From a virus: a stretch of DNA of 64,000 nt. The position numbers were made by a program, and so were the translations under genes. Positions 9,894 to 19,088 of this stretch are shown here, in pieces. Under the pieces are notes generated by a model. The model had not been told where the DNA came from. It worked only from the letters and a program-made list of their open reading frames with translations, and searched no databases. The stretch covers positions 1-64,000 of the IMG/VR virus record IMGVR_UViG_3300028392_000038; one strand, given 5' to 3'. How positions within the stretch are numbered: the first letter of the stretch is position 1; every line of letters starts with the position of its first letter.

Positions 9894-10271
9894 GGGGATG
9901 TTTTAGAATCGATTGGTAGTGTGGTGGTAGTTATGCAGGTATCGGGTGGTTAAGTGTCCGATTAATAAATTAAGTAACACGTCGTAAATGGCAAAACAAA
10001 TGAAGTAGGAACTCGTGAAGATTTAGTAGCGGCTCTACAAAACAACATGATCTTGGTAGAAGATCTAGCAACTGTCTAATAAATAGTTACTATCAAAAAA
10101 TTCTCCAACCTGATTCACACAGGATAAAAAAGGTGAGACCATTTTTTGTAACTTTTTAGAGTCTGTCCAAAAAAGTATCTATTTTGTTGATTTAGAAAAA
10201 TTAACTAAGCTTGTAAACGAATAATTATAAACAACTATTAAGACACCGGACGCAATATCTGGTCATCTCCA
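9894..10271 (+). ncRNA. ssrA: tmRNA (transfer-messenger RNA)
   Basis: 5' GGGGATG pairs with 3' CATCTCC(A), including the G3.U wobble that specifies Ala. AATCGA follows the D-loop. Helix 2 TTGGTAGT/ACTATTAA, CTAAGCTTGTA element, GAC before the T-arm. Tag ORF 9990-10079 ends in tandem TAA. About 378 nt, followed by a terminator. Confidence 0.88.
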
Positions 10272-10275
10272 CAAG

Positions 10276-10308
10276 AACAAAAGACCATTTCTGGTCTTTT
10301 GTTGTTTT
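10276..10308 (+). terminator. Intrinsic terminator after tmRNA
   Basis: AACAAAAGACCA-TTTC-TGGTCTTTTGTT followed by T-rich sequence. Confidence 0.8.
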
Positions 10309-10317
10309 AAACAAGGT

Positions 10318-10344
10318 AAACTTTATTCCTTTAATTAATATAAT
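10318..10344 (+). promoter_or_regulatory. AAAC-N17-TATAAT putative early/middle promoter (representative)
   Basis: Same architecture before the ATGs at 15607, 20793(-) and 54260, and weakly 59348. In each case 4 nt before the ATG. Confidence 0.5.
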
Positions 10345-10348
10345 AAGT

Positions 10349-10867
10349 ATGATAAATAAATTTGAAGGCAGATATAGATTCTTATCTAATTTTTACCCTT
10401 GTGAAATAGAACATCAAGGTATTAAATACCCATCAGTAGAAAACTTTTATGTAGCAATGAAAGTCAATGACCAACAATTAATAAATGGTAAATACTACAC
10501 ACCCGGAGATTTTAGAGAAATGATAGCTCTTATTAAAAACCCATCTGAGGTTAAAAAAATTGGAAGTAAAGTTAAACTAAGAAGTAATTGGAATGAAAAG
10601 AAATTAGAAGCAATGAACTGGGCAGTTAGACAAAAATTCAAAAACAATCAAGAACTAAAAGAAATGTTACTTAGTACATCAAACCAAGAATTAGTTGAAG
10701 AGAATTATTGGCACGATGTTTACTGGGGAATATGCACCTGTGGTAAATGTGGTAATAAAGGAGAGAATAATCTTGGTAAAATTCTAATGGAAGTTAGAGA
10801 TGAATTAACACCAAGAAATCAAAGACCTTCATTGGAAGATCAAATTAAGAAAAACTCTTTGAAATAA
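10349..10867 (+). CDS. NADAR (YbiA-like) family protein
   Basis: FLSNFY, YPSVE.FY.A.K, KF..N..L...LL.T....LVE, D.YWG and G.N.LGKILMEVR motifs. Confidence 0.9.
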   Translation: MINKFEGRYRFLSNFYPCEIEHQGIKYPSVENFYVAMKVNDQQLINGKYYTPGDFREMIALIKNPSEVKKIGSKVKLRSNWNEKKLEAMNWAVRQKFKNNQELKEMLLSTSNQELVEENYWHDVYWGICTCGKCGNKGENNLGKILMEVRDELTPRNQRPSLEDQIKKNSLK

Positions 10868-10917
10868 TATCCTCTTTTAAAAATGGCTGACATACATGTA
10901 AGAAATCTTTTACTTTA

Positions 10918-10950
10918 AGATCATTGTTTTTACAATGGTCTTTTATTTTT
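10918..10950 (+). terminator. Probable intrinsic terminator
   Basis: AGATCATTGT-TTTT-ACAATGGTCT followed by a T-tract. Confidence 0.6.
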
Positions 10951-11004
10951 ATGAAAATTATCAAATAACTTCGGAGGGAACTATATATTTTTTATATATA
11001 GTAT

Positions 11005-11826
11005 ATGAGAAAATTAAGAAAGTTAACATATGATCAAGAATTGGAAGTTTTTAACGAACGAGAATCAGATAATAGAAGAAATGATATTATATCAAAATGG
11101 GGAATATCAGAAAGACATTATAAAAATATAATTTTAAAATTTGGAGGTGAGTTAAAAAAAATACCAACTTGGTGTAATTTTAATATAGATTACTTTGAAT
11201 CTATAGATACCGAAGATAAAGCTTACTTTTTAGGATTTATTGTTGCAGATGGGTGTGTTAGTGATAGCACAAATAACATTAGAATAACACAGAAAGAAAC
11301 TGATATTTTATATGAATTTAAAAAATATACTAATTCAGAAGGTAATGTATTTACTTCAAAAAGTAGAAATATTTCAAGTTTTGGTTTATCATCCGCTAAA
11401 ACTAAGAGTGATTTGGAAAAATTAGGAATACATTCAAATAAAACAATGGTAGTTAAATATCCAAATATACCTGATAACTTACATAATCACTTCATGAGAG
11501 GAGTATTTGATGGAGATGGGTGTATATCTATACATCATGATAAAAGAGATAATAGTGACAGAGGACAAGTTAATATATGTTCTGGTAGTTATGATTTTAT
11601 AAAAGAATACTATGATAAATTGGTTGAATTTGCTAATTTAAGTGGTAAAAATAAAATAAGATGCCCTAAAGGAACATATTATGTTATTGATTGGGGTGGT
11701 TTAACTGATGTTGAGAACATTTACTATTTTTTATATAAAGACGCGAATGTGTTTTTAAAAAGAAAAAAGGAAACTTTTGATAAAGTAGTATCTATAACTA
11801 AAGATAAAAATAAATATAGAAAATAA
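11005..11826 (+). mobile_element. Free-standing double-motif LAGLIDADG homing endonuclease
   Basis: AYFLGFIVADG and HFMRGVFDGDG motifs with an N-terminal HTH-like segment. Its stop codon abuts the methylase ATG. Confidence 0.85.
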
Positions 11827-12774
11827 ATGTGTGCAGCAATTTCTTACTTTGGAGGCAAGTCCTCAAATGTTTTCATGGAATTAATAAATTCAAAAATACC
11901 AAAAGATGGTAGTATAAAAACATACTTAGAACCATTTAGTGGTAGTTTTGCAACATATATGGATGACCCAAAACTAAAGTTTGATGTTGTTATCTATAAT
12001 GATAAAAATCGTCACCAGACGAATTTATATAAGTGTTGTGCTACTCCAGTTGAGTTTGTTATTCACTTAGAAAATCTTAAAAAAACTTTATTACACACAA
12101 CAGAAACAGACCCTTTGAAAAAATGGGATTTCTATAAAAAAGTTTATAATGAGTATATCAAAAATGACTTTTTAGATAATATGGATTTTGAGATAGGCGA
12201 TTTTGAAAAAGCTGCTATTTATGCTTTCTTAATCACATCTAGTTTTTCAAGTGTATATCCAAGGGGAGGTGGTTTCTCAGGCTATAAAAAAGATAAAGAC
12301 CGTTTGAAATTAGAAGTTCTTATTGATAAGTTAAAGAAAAATAAATACACCGATAAGTTATCTAGTATTAAAGAGTTTCTTAATATTGATTTTGAAGAGC
12401 TTATTAATAAATATGACTCAGAAGATACTTACTTGTATTTGGACCCACCATATCACAGACCTGATGAAAATGGTGATGATGATGCTAAAAGATTATCTTG
12501 GTATGGTGCTGATAAAGAAGGTATGTTTGGACCAGCATCACATAGAAGATTATTAGACTTGATTAAAAAATCAAAATGTCGTTGGTCATTATCTTATTAT
12601 TATTTTCCTTTATTAGAAGAATTATTACCAAGAGATAAATATATTTGGACTGAGAAAGAAGTATTTAGAAGTTCAGCACAAGGTGGTAATAATTCAGGAG
12701 GTAAAGGTGAACAAGCTAAGGGAGTTGAGTTATTAATTATGAATTATGATCCAACAACTGGTAAAAAATTATAA
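11827..12774 (+). CDS. D12-class (Dam-like) DNA adenine methyltransferase
   Basis: YFGGK, YLEPFSGS, YND, YLDPPY and ELLIMNY motifs. Confidence 0.85.
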   Translation: MCAAISYFGGKSSNVFMELINSKIPKDGSIKTYLEPFSGSFATYMDDPKLKFDVVIYNDKNRHQTNLYKCCATPVEFVIHLENLKKTLLHTTETDPLKKWDFYKKVYNEYIKNDFLDNMDFEIGDFEKAAIYAFLITSSFSSVYPRGGGFSGYKKDKDRLKLEVLIDKLKKNKYTDKLSSIKEFLNIDFEELINKYDSEDTYLYLDPPYHRPDENGDDDAKRLSWYGADKEGMFGPASHRRLLDLIKKSKCRWSLSYYYFPLLEELLPRDKYIWTEKEVFRSSAQGGNNSGGKGEQAKGVELLIMNYDPTTGKKL

Positions 12775-12776
12775 TT

Positions 12777-12998
12777 ATGGCAAGAGCAATCAATAATACA
12801 TTTCAAATTACCAATCCAGGTGGAACAAATGCTATAAATGTTGATTCTGATGGTCATACTGTTATTAGTAAGTTAGTTCTTTTAGATGAGAAGACTGGTA
12901 ATAAATGGGAGATTAAAATATCAGATGGTGAGTTAATAGCCGAGCCTCTTGAATTAGAAGATAAAAGAGAATATAAACTAAATAAAATACTTAAATAA
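12777..12998 (+). CDS. Small hypothetical protein ending in KREYKLNKILK
   Basis: 73-aa ORF in the same operon, followed by a terminator. Confidence 0.65.
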   Translation: MARAINNTFQITNPGGTNAINVDSDGHTVISKLVLLDEKTGNKWEIKISDGELIAEPLELEDKREYKLNKILK

Positions 12999-13035
12999 TA
13001 AAAAACCTCAGATTTCTCTGAGGTTTTTTATTATT
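12994..13035. terminator. Bidirectional terminator between convergent genes
   Basis: AATAATAAAAAACCTCAGA-TTTC-TCTGAGGTTTTTTATTATT. Confidence 0.9.
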
Positions 13036-13417
13036 ATTTCTTTATTAGTTTCATTATATCATCATAACCTGCCTGAATACTGGTGTGATTTTGGTATAAG
13101 TCTACTACAATATCCCATATTTTATCATCTATAGATGATTCACCTTCTTTATATCTGTCAGAAAATACACCTTCATTAGTTTCTTCTAATTCATCAATAG
13201 AATCTAATTTATCTTGAACTTCTTTAGGACTTAAATCATCCATTTTACGAGTAACTTTGTTGAATTTATATCTACCGTTACCGATGTGTTGTTGTCCATC
13301 AGGAGTATTAGGAACGGTTGATCTTCTAACCTTTTTTAATTCTTCTTTTTCAGATTCTATATTATTTGAAAAATCACCAAAAGTGGCTACTTTTCTATTT
13401 ACATTATAACTATCCAT
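13034..13417 (-). CDS. Hypothetical protein
   Basis: 127-aa ORF preceded by AATATATA (13443-13436). Confidence 0.65.
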   Translation of the reverse strand: MDSYNVNRKVATFGDFSNNIESEKEELKKVRRSTVPNTPDGQQHIGNGRYKFNKVTRKMDDLSPKEVQDKLDSIDELEETNEGVFSDRYKEGESSIDDKIWDIVVDLYQNHTSIQAGYDDIMKLIKK

Positions 13418-13453
13418 TTTTATTATTAGTTTTTTTATATATTAAATATTTTT

Positions 13454-14098
13454 TTACTTTTTTAGAGTAATTGTAACGGTTGCACTTTTATGACCATATC
13501 CATCAGTAGTAATTTTTTTATCAACATTAAATTTTGAAAAATCTACACCTCTAAAAAGACCATTCCATTTTCTATCAGTATATTCAGAATTTCCAAAATT
13601 ACCACCACAAGTAACAACAATCTTTAATTCATCAGGATATAATCTTTTAACTAATCCATAGTTGAAATCACTTTTAGCATCATTTGTTTTAGCACTCATA
13701 TCATTATAAAGTTTTTGAATTGTGAATAAATCACCTTCTACTTTAGCTTTTTGTACAAAATTAATAACTATATAATTTTTCCAATTTGAATTAATAGAAA
13801 CTCTTGAACTTTCTAGTCTATTCTTAAGAGCTATTAGTTCATCTAAAAAGTCCCAAAATCTTTCATCTACAATTCTTTCAGAATTTTCACCAAGTTTAAA
13901 ATCATTTTTAAAATGAATACTCATTGATTTATATCCTGCAAATTCACCATCAGTTATGGTACTTGGTGTTGAGAAATCATATTCAACTCCTAAATCATTA
14001 ATAGGGATAAGTAAATCATCTAATTGTTCTTTAGTTAAATCAGTTATATCTTCAGTAGATTCATTTATATATGTAACAAACTTTTCTAAATATCTCAT
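13454..14098 (-). CDS. Hypothetical protein with capsid-targeting-like N-terminus
   Basis: Starts MRYLEKFVTYINES; translationally coupled (TAATG) to the upstream gene. Confidence 0.7.
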   Translation of the reverse strand: MRYLEKFVTYINESTEDITDLTKEQLDDLLIPINDLGVEYDFSTPSTITDGEFAGYKSMSIHFKNDFKLGENSERIVDERFWDFLDELIALKNRLESSRVSINSNWKNYIVINFVQKAKVEGDLFTIQKLYNDMSAKTNDAKSDFNYGLVKRLYPDELKIVVTCGGNFGNSEYTDRKWNGLFRGVDFSKFNVDKKITTDGYGHKSATVTITLKK

Positions 14099-14790
14099 TA
14101 TTTATTCTTTAGTTTTCTATCTAAGAGTTTAGCAACATTATCACCTATAAAATAATGTAGGTTTTTAAGTGTATCTGTTTCTACTGTTTGAATTTCATCC
14201 ATAAATTTAAATTGAAATTTATAAGAGTCTAATTCTTCTTCTTCATCTCTATCTATTTTATAAATAGATAAATCTATATTGTAATTATTATTAATATTGA
14301 TTTTGAAATCAAATGTGGTTTTGTCACATGGTTGAGTTTTAAATTTAGGTTGATACTCTACATCAAAAACAGAATAATCTGTTATCTTAGCTCTTCTCAT
14401 ATAGTAATTTAAAAACATTGCCGGAGATTCTATAAAATCTGACAAAATTTGCATATCTTCTCCAAAATCATTAGACTTTATAATATCCTCAATCTTTTTC
14501 TTTAAGTCTATAACATTATCAAATTCCATTTTATGATAAACACAGTTAATATCATATAAGTAAATAAAAGAATCTTCAATAATATTTCTCTTTTCCATAT
14601 CTACTTTAAATATAAATTTAGTATGTATGATAGATATATCTTCAACTGATAAACCTTGAATAGAAATTATTAATTTAAGAAACTCACCATGTTTTGGTGT
14701 TTCATAAATTGTTTCAACAGAGTTAACAACTCCTTTTTCTTCATCAAAGACATCTTTGAATACTTGTTCTATTTCTGAAATTTTAATCAT
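14098..14790 (-). CDS. Hypothetical protein
   Basis: 230-aa ORF in an operon. Confidence 0.7.
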   Translation of the reverse strand: MIKISEIEQVFKDVFDEEKGVVNSVETIYETPKHGEFLKLIISIQGLSVEDISIIHTKFIFKVDMEKRNIIEDSFIYLYDINCVYHKMEFDNVIDLKKKIEDIIKSNDFGEDMQILSDFIESPAMFLNYYMRRAKITDYSVFDVEYQPKFKTQPCDKTTFDFKININNNYNIDLSIYKIDRDEEEELDSYKFQFKFMDEIQTVETDTLKNLHYFIGDNVAKLLDRKLKNK

Positions 14791-14793
14791 AAT

Positions 14794-15540
14794 TTATTTA
14801 AATTGTTTATCATAAGACTTTCTTTTTAAGTCCATTATTTTTTCAATATACCCATTTCTCCTAAGTAATTTGAAAACTAAATTACCAATAGATAACTCAC
14901 CACCTTCACTTTCCAACCCACTCTTTCTATAGTTTTTAACTTTATCCCATACTTTTTGAACCTTTTCAACAAAAGCATCATATTTATCTTCATCAACTTC
15001 ATCTTCTAAATCATCAACTAACATCATAACAGACTTGCCCTTTTCAGATATCATATCTTCATCAGGAGTAAATTCTATTTTTTCAGGTTTAACATTCCAT
15101 TTATTATTTAATAAGGAAAATATACCTGTTGATTTATGTGGCTCAGATATGTCTTGTATATAAACTTCTACTTCATACCCTTTTATTTTAATATCATGAT
15201 TTTTATTCCAAATATTCTTAACACTATCAGCATATTTTTTAACCAATTCAACATCTTGGTTAATATCATTAAAATCTATTAATATATGTAAATCATAATC
15301 AGAATATTTTTCAGACCAGTTATAATTAGCCAAAGATCCTGTAAGAATAATGTCTTTAACATCGGCCTTTAATTCAGTAGACTCATAGAAATCTTGAGCG
15401 ATTTTTAAAAGGTCTTCTCTGACTTCTCCATTAATTTCAAAGTTATCCCAAAGTTTAGGGTTTAAACTTTCTTTGATTCTGAATGATTTAACAGCGTTCA
15501 AATCAGATTGGTTGAATTCTAAATACTTCACAAGTTTCAT
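14794..15540 (-). CDS. Pol-beta-superfamily nucleotidyltransferase
   Basis: IILTGSLANYNW..YSDYDLH (GS..DxD) plus EVYIQD. The start is likely ATG 15540, 5 nt after AATATATA. Confidence 0.75.
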   Translation of the reverse strand: MKLVKYLEFNQSDLNAVKSFRIKESLNPKLWDNFEINGEVREDLLKIAQDFYESTELKADVKDIILTGSLANYNWSEKYSDYDLHILIDFNDINQDVELVKKYADSVKNIWNKNHDIKIKGYEVEVYIQDISEPHKSTGIFSLLNNKWNVKPEKIEFTPDEDMISEKGKSVMMLVDDLEDEVDEDKYDAFVEKVQKVWDKVKNYRKSGLESEGGELSIGNLVFKLLRRNGYIEKIMDLKRKSYDKQFK

Positions 15541-15606
15541 AAATGTATATATTAATTCCAAATTCTCATTTAGTAAAACTTATTATATTATATAGATATA
15601 ATTGAT

Positions 15607-16272
15607 ATGGAAAATAAAATTGAAAGTAGAATTGATATCATTAACTTTTTATCAGAAAGATTTAACTATAAAAATTATTTAGAAATAGGTCTTAGAGAAC
15701 CATCACATTGCTTTAATCATATTAAATGTGAATCAAAAGATTCGGTAGATCCTGGGTTAGAGACAAATAATAATAGAGCTAAATATAAATACACATCCGA
15801 TAATTTTTTCTCAATGATTGATAATGGTTTATTAGATAAACCTCTTGATTATAAATGGGATATAGTATTTATAGATGGATTACACATTTCTGACCAAGTG
15901 GAAAGAGATATAAACAATGCTCTAAATCATCTTTCAGAAAACGGTAGTATAGTTTTACATGATTGTAATCCACCTACTGAGCATCATGCTAGAGTTTATT
16001 ATAATGATATTAGTACTACTGCAGGAGGTTTGTGGAATGGAACTGTTTGGAAGGCTATATATAAGATGAGATGCACAAGACCAGATTTAGATATTTGTGT
16101 AGTTGATAAGGATTGGGGTTGTGGTATCATCAGAAAAGGAAATCAAACAATTTGTCAATTTAATAATCCATATTTTGACTATGACAAATTTGACAAAAAT
16201 AGAGCAAAAGATTTGAATATAATATCAAATTTGGAATTACCCAATTGGGTAGAAAAACCATTTTATAAATAA
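15607..16272 (+). CDS. Class I SAM-dependent methyltransferase (Methyltransf_24-like, glycan-associated)
   Basis: YLEIG, VDP, DIVFIDGLH and IVLHDC motifs. Confidence 0.8.
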   Translation: MENKIESRIDIINFLSERFNYKNYLEIGLREPSHCFNHIKCESKDSVDPGLETNNNRAKYKYTSDNFFSMIDNGLLDKPLDYKWDIVFIDGLHISDQVERDINNALNHLSENGSIVLHDCNPPTEHHARVYYNDISTTAGGLWNGTVWKAIYKMRCTRPDLDICVVDKDWGCGIIRKGNQTICQFNNPYFDYDKFDKNRAKDLNIISNLELPNWVEKPFYK

Positions 16273-17915
16273 TGAAAAGAAAACTATTATTCATAACACC
16301 ACACTTATCTACGGGTGGTCAACCACAATACTTACTACAAAAAATTAAATCATTTATAAATGAATTTGATATTTATTGTGTTGAGTATACTTATTATGGA
16401 GATGCTTATGTTGTTCAAAGAAATCAAGTTAAAAATTTATTAGGTGATAAGTTTTTTGGTCTATCTTCAGATAAACAATATCTATTAGAAATTATTGATA
16501 AAGTAAATCCGGATATAATACACTTTGAAGAAATACCCGACACTTTTGTTGATGAGTCTATCTTGAAAAAGATATATGATGAAAGCAGAAACTATTATAT
16601 TTTAGCAACTACACATTCATCCAATACTAAACCAGAAAATATTAAATATACAGCTGATAAGTTTATATTAGTATCAGAATGGAGTAAAGGAGTATTTGAC
16701 AATGTATTCAAAGGAAGTATTCCTTGTGATATATGGGAATATCCTATTATAAAAATTGATTATGATAAAGATAAGGCTAAAGAAGAATTAGGATTTGATA
16801 AGGAGTATAAACATATTCTAAATGTTGGTTTATTTACTTCAGGTAAAAATCAAAAACATATAATAGAATTGGCTAAAATTTGTGTAAATGAAAGGATTAA
16901 ATTTCATTTTGTAGGAAATCAGGCTGTTAATTTCAAAGATTATTGGGAACCTCTAATGGTTAATTTACCAGAGAATTGTATAATACATGGTGAGAGAGAT
17001 GATGTTGAAAAATTCTATATGGCTAGTGATTTATTTTACTTTCCATCATTATGGGAACTAAATCCAATCTCTATAAAAGAAGCTCTTAGTTTTAATCTTC
17101 CAATTTTCACAAAAGACTTAGAAACATATCCGAAATATAAAGAAGCTAATTACATAACAGATAATATATCAGCTAATAAAAATATTATATTAGAACACTT
17201 TGGAATCACAATTGAAAATGATTCTATTTGTTTAGTTGTAGCACATGCTGATACAAATTATAGAAAGAAGTTATTAAATGAGTGTTTAGGTTCTATTAAT
17301 TTACCAGTTGTTCTATCTACAAACTATCCAGTAAGTGAAGAAAATCAGTTACTATGTGATTATTATATTTATAATAAAAATAACCCTTTATTATATAAAG
17401 AGGAATTTAGCAAATATAATGTAAGTTATAATTATTGGCACATAGACAACACTGGGAAAAAGACAACAACATCATTTAATTTTGAGCATGGGTATGCTGC
17501 TTACTCTTTAATAAGAGATGGTTTAGAGTTTATAGAAAAACTGGGTTATAAAAAAGTTCACATCATAAACTATGATTATCAAATGTCAAATAAAACACTT
17601 AATGATAATTCTAAATCTTTAGATAATTGTGATATTATTGTTTATCAATATGATGCTAATAATTATGATGGTGATAGTTATTGTTCTGGATTCTTATCAT
17701 CAAGAATGGAACATATACTACCATTTTTCACCAAATTCAAAAGCAGAGAATCTTATTATACATCAGGTGATCCATTTAATATTTTAGAAATAAAGTTAAA
17801 AAAATCTATAGATGCTCAAAATTTAAATATCTATAAAACAGCATTTGATTCTCTAAAAGAAGATAATAAATTAAATCAAGAAGGACTCCTCCAATTTTCA
17901 AAATCAAAAGAATAA
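16272..17915 (+). CDS. GT-B (GT4-like) glycosyltransferase with additional C-terminal domain
   Basis: STGGQPQY, VG.FTSGKNQ and DLFYFPSLWELNPISIKEA (E-x7-E) motifs. Confidence 0.82.
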   Translation: MKRKLLFITPHLSTGGQPQYLLQKIKSFINEFDIYCVEYTYYGDAYVVQRNQVKNLLGDKFFGLSSDKQYLLEIIDKVNPDIIHFEEIPDTFVDESILKKIYDESRNYYILATTHSSNTKPENIKYTADKFILVSEWSKGVFDNVFKGSIPCDIWEYPIIKIDYDKDKAKEELGFDKEYKHILNVGLFTSGKNQKHIIELAKICVNERIKFHFVGNQAVNFKDYWEPLMVNLPENCIIHGERDDVEKFYMASDLFYFPSLWELNPISIKEALSFNLPIFTKDLETYPKYKEANYITDNISANKNIILEHFGITIENDSICLVVAHADTNYRKKLLNECLGSINLPVVLSTNYPVSEENQLLCDYYIYNKNNPLLYKEEFSKYNVSYNYWHIDNTGKKTTTSFNFEHGYAAYSLIRDGLEFIEKLGYKKVHIINYDYQMSNKTLNDNSKSLDNCDIIVYQYDANNYDGDSYCSGFLSSRMEHILPFFTKFKSRESYYTSGDPFNILEIKLKKSIDAQNLNIYKTAFDSLKEDNKLNQEGLLQFSKSKE

Positions 17916-17916
17916 T

Positions 17917-19074
17917 ATGTATAATAATTTAGTTAAAAACACAAGTATAATAAGGAAAAGGAAACCTATAATAAATGTTAATTATATAAAAGGTCCTTTT
18001 GTAGAAATATTAAATTCACCGGGAGATGAATTTGAAGTTTCTTTTATAGATAAAAGGACAAGTAAATTACAACATAGAGGATCAATAACAGAAAATCATT
18101 GGATTAAAGCAAGTAAGTCATATTTCATAGATTGGTCTATATCTATAAATAAGAATAATGGTGAGGAAATCTATAATATAGATTTAGACCTAAAGGATAA
18201 AAGAGTTTTTATATGTTTTGATTCGTCTTCTTTAGGAGATAATTTAGCATGGATTCCATATGTAGATGAGTTTAGAAAGAAACATAATTGTCATGTCATC
18301 TGTTCTACATTTTGGAATAATCTATTTGAGAAAGAATACCCTGAAATAGAATTTATACCTAGAGGATTACCAGCGAACAATATATCAGCCCAATATAATA
18401 TTGGTTGGTATTATGAAGATGGCGAGATTAATACAAATAGTAACCCTACTAATTTCAGATTAAGACCTCTTCAACAAGCAGCTAGTGATATATTAGGATT
18501 AGAACATAAAGAAATTAAAACAAAAATAACTATAGATAATTCTATACAAAAAGAAAATATAGTAAGTATTGCTATTCATGGAACAGCTCAATCAAAATAT
18601 TGGAATAATGAAGAAGGTTGGCAACAAGTGGTTGATTATTTAAAATCCAAAGGATGGAGAGTTATTTTAATTTCTAGAGAAGAAGATGGATATATGGGAA
18701 ATAAACACCCTAATGGTATTGAAAAACATCCACAAGGAAGTATAGAGGAAGTAATAAAAGTACTTCAAAAAAGTAAATTATTTATTGGAATAGGATCTGG
18801 CTTGAGTTGGTTAAGTTGGGCAACAGGAACAACAACTTGTATTATTTCTGGATTTAGTTACCCTTATACAGAAACACTCCAAAACACAATTAGAATAGAA
18901 ACACCTAAAGGAAAATGCACTGGATGTTTTAATGATTTTAAGTTAGATGCTGGTGATTGGAACTGGTGTCCTGTAAATAAAGGAACTGATAAACAATTTG
19001 AGTGTAGTAAGTCAATAACTGGAGAAATGGTAATAGAAAAGATTAAGGATATAATAGAAAAAAACCCACTTTAG
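17917..19074 (+). CDS. Aah/TibC-like autotransporter O-heptosyltransferase homologue
   Basis: SSLGDNLAW.PY...F...H, FIGIGSGLSWLSWA, and the four-Cys motif CTGC...WCP...FEC characteristic of the iron-binding BAHT family. Confidence 0.8.
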   Translation: MYNNLVKNTSIIRKRKPIINVNYIKGPFVEILNSPGDEFEVSFIDKRTSKLQHRGSITENHWIKASKSYFIDWSISINKNNGEEIYNIDLDLKDKRVFICFDSSSLGDNLAWIPYVDEFRKKHNCHVICSTFWNNLFEKEYPEIEFIPRGLPANNISAQYNIGWYYEDGEINTNSNPTNFRLRPLQQAASDILGLEHKEIKTKITIDNSIQKENIVSIAIHGTAQSKYWNNEEGWQQVVDYLKSKGWRVILISREEDGYMGNKHPNGIEKHPQGSIEEVIKVLQKSKLFIGIGSGLSWLSWATGTTTCIISGFSYPYTETLQNTIRIETPKGKCTGCFNDFKLDAGDWNWCPVNKGTDKQFECSKSITGEMVIEKIKDIIEKNPL

Positions 19075-19086
19075 AGTGGGTTTTTT
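19059..19086. terminator. Bidirectional terminator between the two glyco operons
   Basis: AAAAAACCCACT-TTAG-AGTGGGTTTTTT. Confidence 0.85.
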
Positions 19087-19088
19087 AT

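Noticed and set aside
9894-10271. tRNA-Ala gene
   Set aside because: The acceptor halves are about 370 nt apart with an internal tag frame and no anticodon arm, which fits tmRNA. No true tRNA was recognised in the window.
10868-11826. Group I intron or intein housing the LAGLIDADG ORF
   Set aside because: Flanking genes look complete, the ORF has its own promoter and stop codon, and no intron core or intein termini are recognisable.
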